Assembly: GCA_965221775.1 (NCBI GenBank)
Contig: CBDCSU010000005.1
Span: forward strand, 384,001 to 448,000
DNA from: Candidatus Latescibacterota bacterium
Lineage (GTDB): Bacteria; Latescibacterota; UBA2968; UBA8231
DNA length: 64,000 nt
Direction: 5' to 3'
Shown piece by piece: positions 19,058-31,085 of this stretch. Every line of letters starts with the position of its first letter. The stretch's first letter is position 1. The position numbers and the translations under genes are program-made. Below the pieces are notes generated by a model, which saw nothing but the letters and a program-made list of their open reading frames with translations, did not search any database and was not told the origin of the DNA.

Positions 19058-19660
19058 TCAGTCCACGCCAGCCGCCGCGCGGTACTGGGCCTCGGTGTCC
19101 ACGTCGGCAAGCACTCCGGGGTCCTCGACGGCCACCTCGACCACACGACCCGGATGACGCGCGAACAGGCGGCGGGCGCCCGTGTCCCCGGACAAGTCGA
19201 GGAGCTCCTCCCGGAAGGCGCGGTCGAAAACCACGGGATGGCCGCGCCGCCCGGCGCGGAGCGGCGCCGCGATGGCCGGCGGCTCCGCGGCTTCGAAGGC
19301 GCGGCACAGGAGCGACACGGTGGCGGGCGTGACGGCGGGCATGTCCCCGAGGGCGATCAGGTAGCCGGAGGCCTCCCCGGGAGCGGCGCGGACCCCCACC
19401 GCCAGAGAGGTGGACATGCCGGCGGCGTAGTCGGGGTTGAGGACGCTCTCGACGCCGCGGTCGTCCAGGGCCGCGCCGACGGCGCCGGCGCGGTGCCCGA
19501 GGACGGCGACGATCCGCCGCAGGCCCGCGGCCTTCAGGCTGTCCGCCGCGGCCGCCACCATGGGGATTCCCTCCGGCCCCCAGGGCAGCAGCAGCTTGGT
19601 GTCGCCGGTCCCGCCGTACCTGGAGGATCGGCCGGCGGCCAGCAGCACCGCGGCGATCAC
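19058..19660 (-). CDS. mocA: Molybdenum cofactor cytidylyltransferase (MocA-like nucleotidyltransferase)
   Basis: LLAAGRSSRYG..KLL, GMSTSL, LGDMP, GHPVVF, GDTGAR, DVDT. GTG at 19660 overlaps the xdhC stop. Confidence 0.82.
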   Translation of the reverse strand: MIAAVLLAAGRSSRYGGTGDTKLLLPWGPEGIPMVAAAADSLKAAGLRRIVAVLGHRAGAVGAALDDRGVESVLNPDYAAGMSTSLAVGVRAAPGEASGYLIALGDMPAVTPATVSLLCRAFEAAEPPAIAAPLRAGRRGHPVVFDRAFREELLDLSGDTGARRLFARHPGRVVEVAVEDPGVLADVDTEAQYRAAAGVD

Positions 19661-20700
19661 GGGGCGCCGCGGCGGACGGCCACCACCTCGGCGAGGATGC
19701 TGAGGGCGATCTCCTCGGGGCTCTCGGCGCCGATGTCCAGGCCCACGGGGCCGTGGATGCGGCCGATCTCCCCGTCGTCGAAGCCGGCCTCGCGCAGCCG
19801 CTCGACCCGCTTGGCGTGGGAGCGGCGGCTGCCGAGGGCGCCGATGTACGCCGCCGGCGAGCGCAGCAGGTGGTGGAGGGCCTCGTCGTCGATCTTGGGG
19901 TCGTGGGTCAGCAGCACGGCAAAGGTGCTCTCGTCCACGGACCAGTCCTCGAAGAAGGGGGCCGGCCAGACGCGCTCCAGCCGCGACGGCGCCTCGGGGA
20001 AGCGCTCGGGTCGGGCGAAGACCTCCCGCGGATCGATGACGACGGTCTCCAGGTCGAGGACCTTCGCCAGGCGCACGAGGGGGATGCAGATGTGGCTGGC
20101 GCCGACCACCAAGAGCCGGTCCCGCCGCGGGAAGACCTGCACGAAGACCGCCTCCGATCCGATCTCGACGACGTCGCTCTCCCGTCTCGAGAAAGCGGAG
20201 ACCGCCGCCTCGAGAGCCGCCGCCGAGGCGGCCCCCCAGTCGCCGGCGGCCACCTCTCCGGCCTCCGGATCGACCAGCAGGTGCGGCCCCTCCCCCGGGG
20301 CCAGCCGGGTCAGCAGCACCGCCGGCCGGTTGGCCTCCAGGCGGGCGCGCAGGGCCTCCCAGACGCCGGGGCTGCCGCCCCCCGCCTGCCCGGGGTGCTG
20401 CTCCACGAGGACCGAGACCTGCCCTCCGCAGGTGAGGCCCACGGACCAGGCGGTCTCGTCGCTGACCCCGTAGTGGAGGCGGCGGGGCTCGCCGTCGGCC
20501 AGGACCTGCCGGGCCTCGGTGATCACGTCGCCCTCGATGCAGCCGCCGCTCACCGAGCCGGCCACCTCCATCTGCCGGCCGACGATCATGGCCGCGCCCA
20601 CCGGCCGCGGAGAGGAGCCCCAGGTCTCGATGACGCGGGCCAGGGCGAAGGGGCGGCCTTCCCCCTCCCAGGCCAGGATGTCCTTCCAGATGTCCTTCAT
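19657..20700 (-). CDS. xdhC: XdhC/CoxI family molybdoenzyme maturation factor
   Basis: WGSSPRPVGA, GSVSGGCIEG, GLTCGG, THDPKIDD, YIGALGSR, GPVGLDIGA. Confidence 0.9.
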   Translation of the reverse strand: MKDIWKDILAWEGEGRPFALARVIETWGSSPRPVGAAMIVGRQMEVAGSVSGGCIEGDVITEARQVLADGEPRRLHYGVSDETAWSVGLTCGGQVSVLVEQHPGQAGGGSPGVWEALRARLEANRPAVLLTRLAPGEGPHLLVDPEAGEVAAGDWGAASAAALEAAVSAFSRRESDVVEIGSEAVFVQVFPRRDRLLVVGASHICIPLVRLAKVLDLETVVIDPREVFARPERFPEAPSRLERVWPAPFFEDWSVDESTFAVLLTHDPKIDDEALHHLLRSPAAYIGALGSRRSHAKRVERLREAGFDDGEIGRIHGPVGLDIGAESPEEIALSILAEVVAVRRGAP

Positions 20701-20759
20701 TCGTCCCCGCGAAGCTGATTGACGGAGGTGCAGGGCCAATATATATAGTCCGCCCTCCC

Positions 20760-21191
20760 ATGCACCTCGAAGGAACCCACAAGTTCTCCGCCCCGCCGGA
20801 GAGGATCTGGGCCCTGCTCAACGACCCCGACGTGCTCGCCCGCACGACTCCGGGGCTCAGCTCCCTGGAGCCGGAGGGCGGCGACGTGTACAAGGCGCGG
20901 TTCCAGATCAAGCTCGGCCCCGTCAACGGCGGGTTCGACGGCTCCCTGGCCGTCCTCGACAAGGATCCCCCCCGGGGCTACCGCCTCGAGATCGACGTCG
21001 GCGGCCGCCTGGGGACGACGAAGGCGGAGGGCACCTTCGAGATCCGCGGGGAGGAGGAAGGCGCCGTCGTGGCCTTCGCCGGAGATGCCCGCCTCAAGGG
21101 GGTGCTGGCCCGCATGGGCGGCCGCGTGCTGACCGGCGTCGCCCGGCAGTTCACCCGACAGTTCTTCGAAGCACTGGAAAAGGAAGTGTGA
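20760..21191 (+). CDS. coxG: CoxG / SRPBCC family protein
   Basis: [33 protein letters not shown]; cox context. Confidence 0.85.
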   Translation: MHLEGTHKFSAPPERIWALLNDPDVLARTTPGLSSLEPEGGDVYKARFQIKLGPVNGGFDGSLAVLDKDPPRGYRLEIDVGGRLGTTKAEGTFEIRGEEEGAVVAFAGDARLKGVLARMGGRVLTGVARQFTRQFFEALEKEV

Positions 21192-21243
21192 TGGTCCGTC
21201 GGCGACGCGCCATCCCCTCTCCCCCTCCAAGGAGGTAGCGATC

Positions 21244-21708
21244 ATGACGGTTCCGATCCGGGTCACCGTGAACGGGGTGGCCCACGAGCACGAAGTCGAG
21301 CCGCGGCTCCTGCTCGTCGACTACCTGCGCGAGGTGCTGCGCCTCACCGGCACCCACGTGGGCTGCGACACGAGCAGCTGCGGCGCCTGCACGGTCGTCG
21401 TCAACGGCCGCGCCGTGAAGTCCTGCACCCTGCTGGCGGTGCAGGCCGACGGCGGCGAGGTCACCACCGTCGAGGGCCTGGCCGCCAACGGCGAGCTGCA
21501 CCCGATCCAGGCCGGGTTCAAGGAGATGCACGGCCTGCAGTGCGGGTTCTGCACGCCGGGCATGATCATGACCGCCTGGCAGATCCTCGAGCGCAACCCG
21601 GACCCGACGGACGACGAGATCCGCCACGGCCTCGAGGGCAACTACTGCCGCTGCACCGGCTACGACAACATCGTCAAGTCGATCCGCCACGCCGCGGACA
21701 ACCTGTGA
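21244..21708 (+). CDS. coxS: [2Fe-2S] small subunit of a CO dehydrogenase / xanthine dehydrogenase-family enzyme
   Basis: [31 protein letters not shown]. Confidence 0.92.
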   Translation: MTVPIRVTVNGVAHEHEVEPRLLLVDYLREVLRLTGTHVGCDTSSCGACTVVVNGRAVKSCTLLAVQADGGEVTTVEGLAANGELHPIQAGFKEMHGLQCGFCTPGMIMTAWQILERNPDPTDDEIRHGLEGNYCRCTGYDNIVKSIRHAADNL

Positions 21709-21719
21709 CGGAGGAAACC

Positions 21720-24098
<2,379 letters not shown>

Positions 24099-24111
24099 GG
24101 AGGAGGGAGAG

Positions 24112-24972
24112 ATGATTCCTTCGAGCTTCGAGTACCATCGTCCCGCCTCCCTGGACGAGGCGGTGAGCCTGCTGCAGGAGCACGGCGAGGACGCCAGCCT
24201 GCTGGCCGGCGGCCACAGTCTGCTGCCGGCGATGAAGCTGCGCCTGTCGGCGCCCGAGCACCTGGTCGACATCAGCCGCATCGACGGGCTGCGCGAGATC
24301 CGATCGGAAGGGGGCGGCGTCGTCATCGGCGCCGGCGCCACCCACCACGACGTGGAGTCCTCCGCCGCCGTCGCCGCCGGCGCTCCGCTGCTGGCCCGGG
24401 CCGCCGCCGTCATCGGCGACGTGCAGGTGCGCAACGCCGGCACCATCGGCGGCAGCCTGGCCCACGCCGACCCCGCCGCCGACTACCCGGCGGCGGTGCT
24501 CGCCTCCGAGGGCTCGGTGGAGGTGGTCGGTCCCGGCGGGTCCCGCTCCATCGCCGCCGCCGACTTCTTCGTCGAGCTCTTCGCCACCGCCCTGCAGCCG
24601 GGCGAGATCGTCACCGCCGTGCGGGTGCCCGCCCCGGGCGCCGGCACGGGCGTCTCCTACCTGAAGTTCCCGCACCCGGCGTCGCGCTTCGCCGTCTGCG
24701 GCTGCGCCGCGGCGGTCACCGTCAGCGGCGGCGCCTGCAGCAGCGCCCGCGTCGCCTTCAACGGCATCGCCAGCGCCGCCTTCCGCGACGCCGGCGTGGA
24801 GAGCGCTCTCACCGGCGCCTCCCTCGACGAGAACGCGGTGAAAGCCGCCGTGGCCGGCGCCGCCGAGGGCCAGGAGCTGCTGGCCGACAGCTTCGCCGGC
24901 GAGGACTACCGCCGGCAGCTGGCCCGGGTCTACGCGCGCCGGGCGGTGCTGGCGGCGGCAGCCGCCGCCTGA
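24112..24972 (+). CDS. coxM: FAD-binding medium subunit
   Basis: LAGGHSLLPAMKLR, QVRNAGTIGGSLAHADPAAD. Confidence 0.9.
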   Translation: MIPSSFEYHRPASLDEAVSLLQEHGEDASLLAGGHSLLPAMKLRLSAPEHLVDISRIDGLREIRSEGGGVVIGAGATHHDVESSAAVAAGAPLLARAAAVIGDVQVRNAGTIGGSLAHADPAADYPAAVLASEGSVEVVGPGGSRSIAAADFFVELFATALQPGEIVTAVRVPAPGAGTGVSYLKFPHPASRFAVCGCAAAVTVSGGACSSARVAFNGIASAAFRDAGVESALTGASLDENAVKAAVAGAAEGQELLADSFAGEDYRRQLARVYARRAVLAAAAAA

Positions 24973-25007
24973 GGGACCCCCGGGCGCGGCGCACGCCGAG
25001 CACCACG

Positions 25008-25038
25008 GAGGGGCGGGCCTTGCGGTCCGCCCCTCTTT
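25008..25038 (+). terminator. Intrinsic terminator after coxM
   Basis: GAGGGGCGGGCC-TTGC-GGTCCGCCCCTC stem followed by TTT. Confidence 0.7.
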
Positions 25039-25064
25039 GCTTGTCCGCCGCAGGGGAGACTCCC

Positions 25065-26039
25065 ATGGAACCCGCCATCCGCATGACGGGCGTCACCAAG
25101 AGCTTCGGGCCCACCAAGGCCGTGGAGGACCTGGATCTCGAGGTGCCCCGCGGCGGGCTGCACGGGTTCATCGGACCCAACGGTGCCGGCAAGACGACCT
25201 CGATCCGGATGATCCTGTCCATCCTCTTCCCGGACTCGGGCGCCGTATCGGTTCTGGGACACCCCTCGGCCCTGGACGCCAAGGACCGGATCGGCTACCT
25301 GCCCGAGGAGCGGGGCCTGTACCGGAAGATGAAGGTCCGCTCCTTCCTCAAGTACATGGCCCGCCTCAAGGGCGACGAGGGCCCCGATCTCGACCGCCGC
25401 ATCGGCGAATGGCTGGAGCGCGTCGGTCTATCCGGCGACGGGGGCCGGCGATGCGAGGAGCTGTCCAAGGGGATGTCGCAGAAGGTCCAGTTCGTGGCCG
25501 CCGTGATCCACCGGCCGGACCTGCTGGTGCTCGACGAACCGTTCAGCGGCCTCGACCCCGTGAGCACCCGCAGGCTCCGGGACCTGATCCTCGAGGAGCG
25601 CGGCCGGGGGGCCACGGTCCTGCTCTCCACCCACGTCATGCCCCGGGCCGAGGAGATCTGCGAGCACGTGGTCATGCTCCACAGGGGCCGCAAGGTGCTG
25701 GACGACTCCCTCGCTGCCATCCGCCGGCGCCACGACCCGCGGTCGATCCGCTTCGAGCCCCTCGACCCGGGGGCCGACACCGCGCCCCTCGCTTCGCTGC
25801 CCGGCGTGGAGAGCCTCCGGGACGAGGACCGGGGCCTGGAGATCCGCCTCCGCCAGGGCACCGATCCCTCCGCGGCGATGCGCCTCATCCTGGAGACGGT
25901 CCCCGCGGCGCGCATCGAGCTGGCCCGTCCGCGTCTCGAGGACGTCTTCCTCGAGCAGGCCTCGGAGAGCCGCTCCCCGGAGGAGGAGCGGCAGCTGCGG
26001 GCGCAACTCGGCGACGCCGCTGCGGAAGAGACCGAATGA
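25065..26039 (+). CDS. ABC-2 exporter ATP-binding subunit (YhaQ/NatA-like)
   Basis: GPNGAGKTT, YLPEERGLY, LSKGM, LDEPFSGLD. Confidence 0.9.
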   Translation: MEPAIRMTGVTKSFGPTKAVEDLDLEVPRGGLHGFIGPNGAGKTTSIRMILSILFPDSGAVSVLGHPSALDAKDRIGYLPEERGLYRKMKVRSFLKYMARLKGDEGPDLDRRIGEWLERVGLSGDGGRRCEELSKGMSQKVQFVAAVIHRPDLLVLDEPFSGLDPVSTRRLRDLILEERGRGATVLLSTHVMPRAEEICEHVVMLHRGRKVLDDSLAAIRRRHDPRSIRFEPLDPGADTAPLASLPGVESLRDEDRGLEIRLRQGTDPSAAMRLILETVPAARIELARPRLEDVFLEQASESRSPEEERQLRAQLGDAAAEETE

Positions 26040-27415
26040 GACGCGTCCTCAGGATCGCGCTCCGGGACTTCCTCGCCGTCGTGACCAGGAAGGGCTTCGT
26101 CCTCGGGGTGCTGTTCACGCCGGCCATGATCGCGGCCATGGTCCTCCTGGGACCCCGGTACCTGCAGATGCTCCATGACGCGGACTTCCGGATCGAGGGG
26201 GAGTACGCCGTCCTCGATCCGACAGGGCGGGTCCTCGCCGAGATGGAGCGGGCCCTGGATGCGGGGGGAATCGCGGAAGACGAGCTGCGGGAGCTGCGCC
26301 GGAACCTGGAACAGGCGCCGGAGGCGGCCCGGGCCCTCGCCGAGGCCGCCATCGAGCAGGCGCGGCGGGAGTCCCACTGGCCCGCCGGCGAGGTCCGGCT
26401 GATCCCGCTGGCCTCGGGTGCGGAGGTGGAGACCGCGAAAGCCGGGCTGAACGAGGAGAGCGGCGGGGCGGGGCATCGCGCCCTGATCGTGATCCACGAG
26501 GACGCCGTGGAGGCGGCCGGTCCCGCGGCCGAACTCGGGACCTACGACCTGTACGTGCCCCCCGGCCTCGACGAGCGGGAGCTGGACTTCCTGCACCGCA
26601 TCGCCCGGGAGGCGATCGTCGGCGCCCGCGTCTCCGCCCGGGGCCAGGAGCGGGCCAGGATCGAGTCCCTCGTGCGGGTCTCCCGGCAGCGGTCGACCAC
26701 GGTCGGCGCGGGGGACGAACTGCAGACCGTCAGGGGTTTCACCTTCATCCTGCCGGCGGCTTTCACCATGCTCCTGTTCCTGGGGGTAATGTCCGGCGGG
26801 CAGATGCTGCTGACCTCGATGGTAGAGGAGAAGTCGAGCCGTGTCGTGGAGGTGCTCCTGTCGGCGGTGTCGCCCATGGAGCTGATGGCCGGAAAGCTCA
26901 TCGGAGGCGTGGCCGTCTGCCTGGTCATGATGGGCGTCTACATCCTGACGGGACTGGCGATGCTGGCCTCCTTCTCCCTTCTCGGCCTCCTCGATCCCTG
27001 GCTGATCCTCTACCTGGTGATCTTCTTCTTCATCGGCTTCTTCACCCTCGGGGCCCTGATGCTGGCCGCCGGATCCGCCGTCAACGACATGAACGAGGCC
27101 GGGCCTCTCCTGACGCCCCTCATGGTCGTCTTCATGGCCCCGTGGCTCCTCTGGCCGCTGGTCTCCAGCGACCCCGGCCACACGGTCGCCGTCGTCGCGA
27201 GCTACCTGCCGCCCGTCAACACCTTCGGCATGCTCATGCGCATGGCCTCGACCCAGCCGCCCCCCTGGTGGGAGGTCTGGCTGTCGATCGCGGTGGGCGC
27301 CGCCGCGGTGGTCGGAGCCGTTTGGGTGGCGGCCAAGGTCTTCCGCATCGGGCTGCTGATGCAGGGCAAGCCGCCCGGCCTGAGGACCCTCCTCGCCTGG
27401 GTCAGGGCCGCCTGA
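26036..27415 (+). CDS. ABC-2 exporter permease (YhaP/NatB-like)
   Basis: TM1, a large periplasmic loop, VEEKSSRVVEVLLS, LMAGK. ATGA overlap with the ATPase. Confidence 0.88.
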   Translation: MRRVLRIALRDFLAVVTRKGFVLGVLFTPAMIAAMVLLGPRYLQMLHDADFRIEGEYAVLDPTGRVLAEMERALDAGGIAEDELRELRRNLEQAPEAARALAEAAIEQARRESHWPAGEVRLIPLASGAEVETAKAGLNEESGGAGHRALIVIHEDAVEAAGPAAELGTYDLYVPPGLDERELDFLHRIAREAIVGARVSARGQERARIESLVRVSRQRSTTVGAGDELQTVRGFTFILPAAFTMLLFLGVMSGGQMLLTSMVEEKSSRVVEVLLSAVSPMELMAGKLIGGVAVCLVMMGVYILTGLAMLASFSLLGLLDPWLILYLVIFFFIGFFTLGALMLAAGSAVNDMNEAGPLLTPLMVVFMAPWLLWPLVSSDPGHTVAVVASYLPPVNTFGMLMRMASTQPPPWWEVWLSIAVGAAAVVGAVWVAAKVFRIGLLMQGKPPGLRTLLAWVRAA

Positions 27416-27583
27416 GTCCCGGGTGGCCGCCCCCGCCGAGGGCCGGGAGCTGCTCGCCGACGGCTACGCCGGCGAGGACTGCGTCCCGGCCGCCGCCCGG
27501 GTCCAGCCGCGCCGGCCGGTTCTCGCGCCGCGCGATCGTCACTTCGGCCTCTGCCAAGCTGAGATGACTCTCCCCTCCCTCCC

Positions 27584-28546
27584 ATGACCCAGGAAACCCT
27601 GATGATCATCGGGTTCCTGCTCGGCGCCTATTCCATCGTCGGCAACGACGCGATCCAGACCCTCGGCACCTTCCTCAGCTCCAACTCGCACCGTCCCTGG
27701 TGGGTGCTCTGGATCTTCGGCGGGGGGATCATCACCGTGGTCCTCGTGTACGGGTGGATGGTCCACTCCGGGGACGTCTCCTACGGCCGGCTGCAGGCGA
27801 TCCCGGTGCCGGACCAGTTCGTCTGGATCTACTGCGTGCCCCCCTTCGTGCTGCTCCTGCTGACGCGCTTCGGGATCCCGGTGAGCACCACCTTCCTCAC
27901 CCTGACGATCTTCGCCCCCAAGGCGCTGCCGGCGATGCTGGTCAAGTCGCTGCTGGGGTATGCGACCGCCTTCATCGCCGCCATCCTCGTCTACAAGCTG
28001 GTCACCCGCGCCCTCGAGCACCGCTTCAACCAGACCGAGGGGCCCACCGGCGGCTGGTGGGTGGTGGCCCAGTGGTGCTCCACCGGCTTCCTCTGGAGCC
28101 AGTGGCTGATCCAGGACCTGGCCAACATCTACGTCTTCCTGCCCCGGGACCCGGTGACCCTTACGCCGACCATGTCCACGGGGTGGTTCGCCCTCAGCGT
28201 CGTCGTCCTCGTGGCCCTCCTCGGCTACATCTTCTACACCCACGGCGGCGCCATCCAGAAGGTGGTGCTCACCAAGACGAACACCACCGACATCCGCTCG
28301 GCGACCTTCGTCGACCTCATCTACGGGATCGTGCTGTTCCTGTTCAAAGAGGTCAGCAACCTGCCCATGAGCACGACCTGGGTCTTCGTGGGTTTGCTGG
28401 CCGGACGGGAGATCGCCATCGCCTGGAACGAGAAGCACCGAGGCCGCCCGGAGGTCACCCGCCTGGTGCTCTCCGACCTGGCCAGGATCTTCTCCGGACT
28501 CGCGGTGAGCGTCGCCCTGGCGCTGCTGCTGCCCCTGCTGATGTAG
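27584..28546 (+). CDS. PiT/PHO4-like inorganic anion transporter
   Basis: Repeated signature GNDAIQ...PVSTT and QDLAN...PMSTT; multiple TM segments. Confidence 0.65.
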   Translation: MTQETLMIIGFLLGAYSIVGNDAIQTLGTFLSSNSHRPWWVLWIFGGGIITVVLVYGWMVHSGDVSYGRLQAIPVPDQFVWIYCVPPFVLLLLTRFGIPVSTTFLTLTIFAPKALPAMLVKSLLGYATAFIAAILVYKLVTRALEHRFNQTEGPTGGWWVVAQWCSTGFLWSQWLIQDLANIYVFLPRDPVTLTPTMSTGWFALSVVVLVALLGYIFYTHGGAIQKVVLTKTNTTDIRSATFVDLIYGIVLFLFKEVSNLPMSTTWVFVGLLAGREIAIAWNEKHRGRPEVTRLVLSDLARIFSGLAVSVALALLLPLLM

Positions 28547-28567
28547 CCGCAGCCGCGGAGCGGATCC

Positions 28568-29752
28568 TCACCAGCCCTTCCAGCTGCCGTCGGCGTGCCG
28601 GTACTGGCGGTACGGCAGCGGCTCGTACGGCAGCTTCTCGATGTCGCTCGCCTTCACCGTGACGCCGAGCCCCGGCGCCTCGGAGAGACTGATGTGGCCG
28701 CCGGCGATGCTCCAGTCGTGCTCGACGTACTCGCCGAAGCTGTCGAACCAGGAGCGGCTCATCTCCTGGATCAGGAAGTTGGGTGTCACGGCGTCGGCGG
28801 TGAGCGAGGCGGCCAGCGTCAGCGGTCCGCCGGCGTTGTGGGGCGCCATCAGCATCTGCTGCGGCCGTGCGGCACGTCCGATCTCCACCAGGCCGGTGAT
28901 GCCCGAGCAGTGGGAGACATCGGGCTGCAGATAGGCGCAGGCGCGGCGCTCGATGAGGGGCTGGAAGTCGGACAGAGTGAAGAGCTTCTCCCCCGCGGCG
29001 ACCGGTACCGGACTCTTCCGCGACACCTCCAGCAGGGCCTCCACCGAGCCGACCTTCACCGGCTCCTCGAGGAACAGCGGCCGGTACGGAGCGACCGCCT
29101 CGGCGAAGGCGAGGCTCAGCTCCGGCGTGGGGCTGCCGTGGGCGTCGAGGAGCAGGTCGAGGCCGTCGCCCACGGCCTCGCGCATGGCCCGCACGCAGGC
29201 CGTGGAATGGTCGACGGCCCCGCGGTCCACGGGCCAGGACCGCGTCTCCAGGGGGTTGCCCTTGACGCCGGCGAAGCCCGCCTCGAGCGCCTCCCGGGCG
29301 CCGGCGGCGGCGGCCTCCGGCGATTCCAGGGAGGTCGAGGTGTACACGCGCACCCGGTCCCGGCGCTTGCCGCCGAGGATGGTGTGGGCCGGCACGCCCC
29401 AGGCCTTCCCGGCGATGTCGTAGAGGGCCTGGTTCACCGCCGCCAGGGCGCTGCCGAAGACGGGTCCGCTTTTCCATGGCATGCGGTCCTGCACGTCCTC
29501 GCACAGGGCCTCCACCGGCAGCGGGTCGCGGCCGACGAGCAGCTCCTCCCAAGCGTGGAGGGCCGCCTCCACCGGCTCGGTGAGCCACTCGCCGGTGCCC
29601 TCGCCCCAGCCGCTGATGCCGGCGTCGGTCCGCAGCTCCAGGAACAGCCACGGCTTGGAGGTGGAGCACAGCAGCTGTCCGGTGGCCGGGTCGCGGATCA
29701 ACTGCCCGGTGGGGACGCTGAACTTGAAGGTGCGCAGGGAACGGATCTTCAC
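28568..29752 (-). CDS. Mandelate racemase/enolase superfamily dehydratase (galactonate dehydratase-like)
   Basis: GWGE, ALYDIAGK, DAHG, FLEEP, AGEK, QPDVSH, MAPHN, IQE. Confidence 0.88.
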   Translation of the reverse strand: MKIRSLRTFKFSVPTGQLIRDPATGQLLCSTSKPWLFLELRTDAGISGWGEGTGEWLTEPVEAALHAWEELLVGRDPLPVEALCEDVQDRMPWKSGPVFGSALAAVNQALYDIAGKAWGVPAHTILGGKRRDRVRVYTSTSLESPEAAAAGAREALEAGFAGVKGNPLETRSWPVDRGAVDHSTACVRAMREAVGDGLDLLLDAHGSPTPELSLAFAEAVAPYRPLFLEEPVKVGSVEALLEVSRKSPVPVAAGEKLFTLSDFQPLIERRACAYLQPDVSHCSGITGLVEIGRAARPQQMLMAPHNAGGPLTLAASLTADAVTPNFLIQEMSRSWFDSFGEYVEHDWSIAGGHISLSEAPGLGVTVKASDIEKLPYEPLPYRQYRHADGSWKGW

Positions 29753-29779
29753 GGCGGGTGGCCTCCTCGGGCTGGTGCC

Positions 29780-30775
29780 TCAGTCGAGCTGGGCGTGCTC
29801 CTGGATGATCTCCTGGCGGAAGCGGAAGACCTGGGGGTCGGCGGCGTCGACGCGCACGCGCACCCAGTGCACCTGCGGCGCCCCGAAGACCTCCAGGCGT
29901 GTGAAGTTGTCCAGGCGCCGTCCGCTGGACGGCCCCAGGAGGGGCTTGTCGACGCGGAAGTAGTGGGAGTCCCCGTGGACGAGGACGACGGGCCCGGCGA
30001 AGGCGGAGACCTCGGCGGCCAGGGCTTCGATGAACCCGGTGTAGGGCTCTGGCGGGTCCGCCCCCTGGTGGCGGTCGAAGCGCGGGTTGGCGTGGATGGC
30101 GATGATCACTCCGGCCGCGTCCGACTCCTCCGCCGCCTGGAAGGCCTGGCGCATCCAGGCGAGGGCCGCGCCGGTGCGCCGCGTCACCTCGGCGTCGTCG
30201 GCCGGGGTCCGGTCCGGGAAGGGGGCCAGGGCGTTGCGGCTGCCCACGAGGTGCAGGGTGGCGAAGACGACAGCGCCCCGGCTCCAGCGGACGTTCTCGG
30301 GGAACTCCGCCCAGGCCGGGTCCGCCGCCTGGGAGACCACCGCCAGGGAGCCGCCTCCCAGGACATTTCCCGGCGGCGCGAAGAACAGGGCCCGCAGCTT
30401 CGCCAGCCGCTCCAGGGGCGCGTGGAACCCGGCCCCCGGCCGGTGGCAGTCGGTCCAGTCGTTGTCCCCCGGCGTCAGCACAAAGGGATGCTCGAAGGTG
30501 GAGAACAGGTGGAGCCGCGACTCCAGGGCCTCGTCGGCGCAGGAGGTGGCGCCGCCCTTGATGTCCCCCACGTGCAGCACGAAGGCCAGGTCCTCGGCGT
30601 TGATGCGGTCCCGGAGCCGGGGGAAGCGCAGGCTGTCCGCCTCGCTGTAAGGCACGTCGCCGATGGCGGCGAACTCGAAGGCTTCGGACAACACAGGCTG
30701 CGCGCCCCACGGGAGCAGGACCACGGCCCAGCGGAGAACGGCGCGGGCGGCTTCCTTCACGGCGTCAGGGAACAT
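29780..30775 (-). CDS. Calcineurin-like metallophosphoesterase, probably exported
   Basis: GDVPY, HVGD, PGDNDWTDC, HGDSH; hydrophobic N-terminus. Confidence 0.8.
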   Translation of the reverse strand: MFPDAVKEAARAVLRWAVVLLPWGAQPVLSEAFEFAAIGDVPYSEADSLRFPRLRDRINAEDLAFVLHVGDIKGGATSCADEALESRLHLFSTFEHPFVLTPGDNDWTDCHRPGAGFHAPLERLAKLRALFFAPPGNVLGGGSLAVVSQAADPAWAEFPENVRWSRGAVVFATLHLVGSRNALAPFPDRTPADDAEVTRRTGAALAWMRQAFQAAEESDAAGVIIAIHANPRFDRHQGADPPEPYTGFIEALAAEVSAFAGPVVLVHGDSHYFRVDKPLLGPSSGRRLDNFTRLEVFGAPQVHWVRVRVDAADPQVFRFRQEIIQEHAQLD

Positions 30776-31085
30776 CTTCCCACTCCTCTCCGTAGTGAAA
30801 GGTGATCTCCTCGTCCTCGCGGATGATGCGCCGGGCGTAGAGGCGGTCGCCGTCGAACTCGGCGTTCGGCTTGCCCGAGTGGTTGAGGAAGCGCAGGCCG
30901 CTGCGGCCCAGCCGGCCCACGGTCTTGCCGTCGGTGCGCTCCACCCACAGGACGTAGGTGCCGTCGCGTTTTGTGTTGACCCCGGTGTACACGCCGATCA
31001 GCTCGCCGCGGGGGATCCGGCGGGCGGCGAAGACGCCGGTGCCGTGAATGGGGCTGGGGGCGTTGTAGTAGTTGCGGTTCCTCAC
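30765..31085 (-). CDS. Minimal SET-domain protein (putative lysine methyltransferase)
   Basis: SPIHGTGVFA, RFLNHS..PNA, EEITFHY. GTG at 31085 overlaps the upstream TGA. Confidence 0.8.
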   Translation of the reverse strand: MRNRNYYNAPSPIHGTGVFAARRIPRGELIGVYTGVNTKRDGTYVLWVERTDGKTVGRLGRSGLRFLNHSGKPNAEFDGDRLYARRIIREDEEITFHYGEEWEDVP

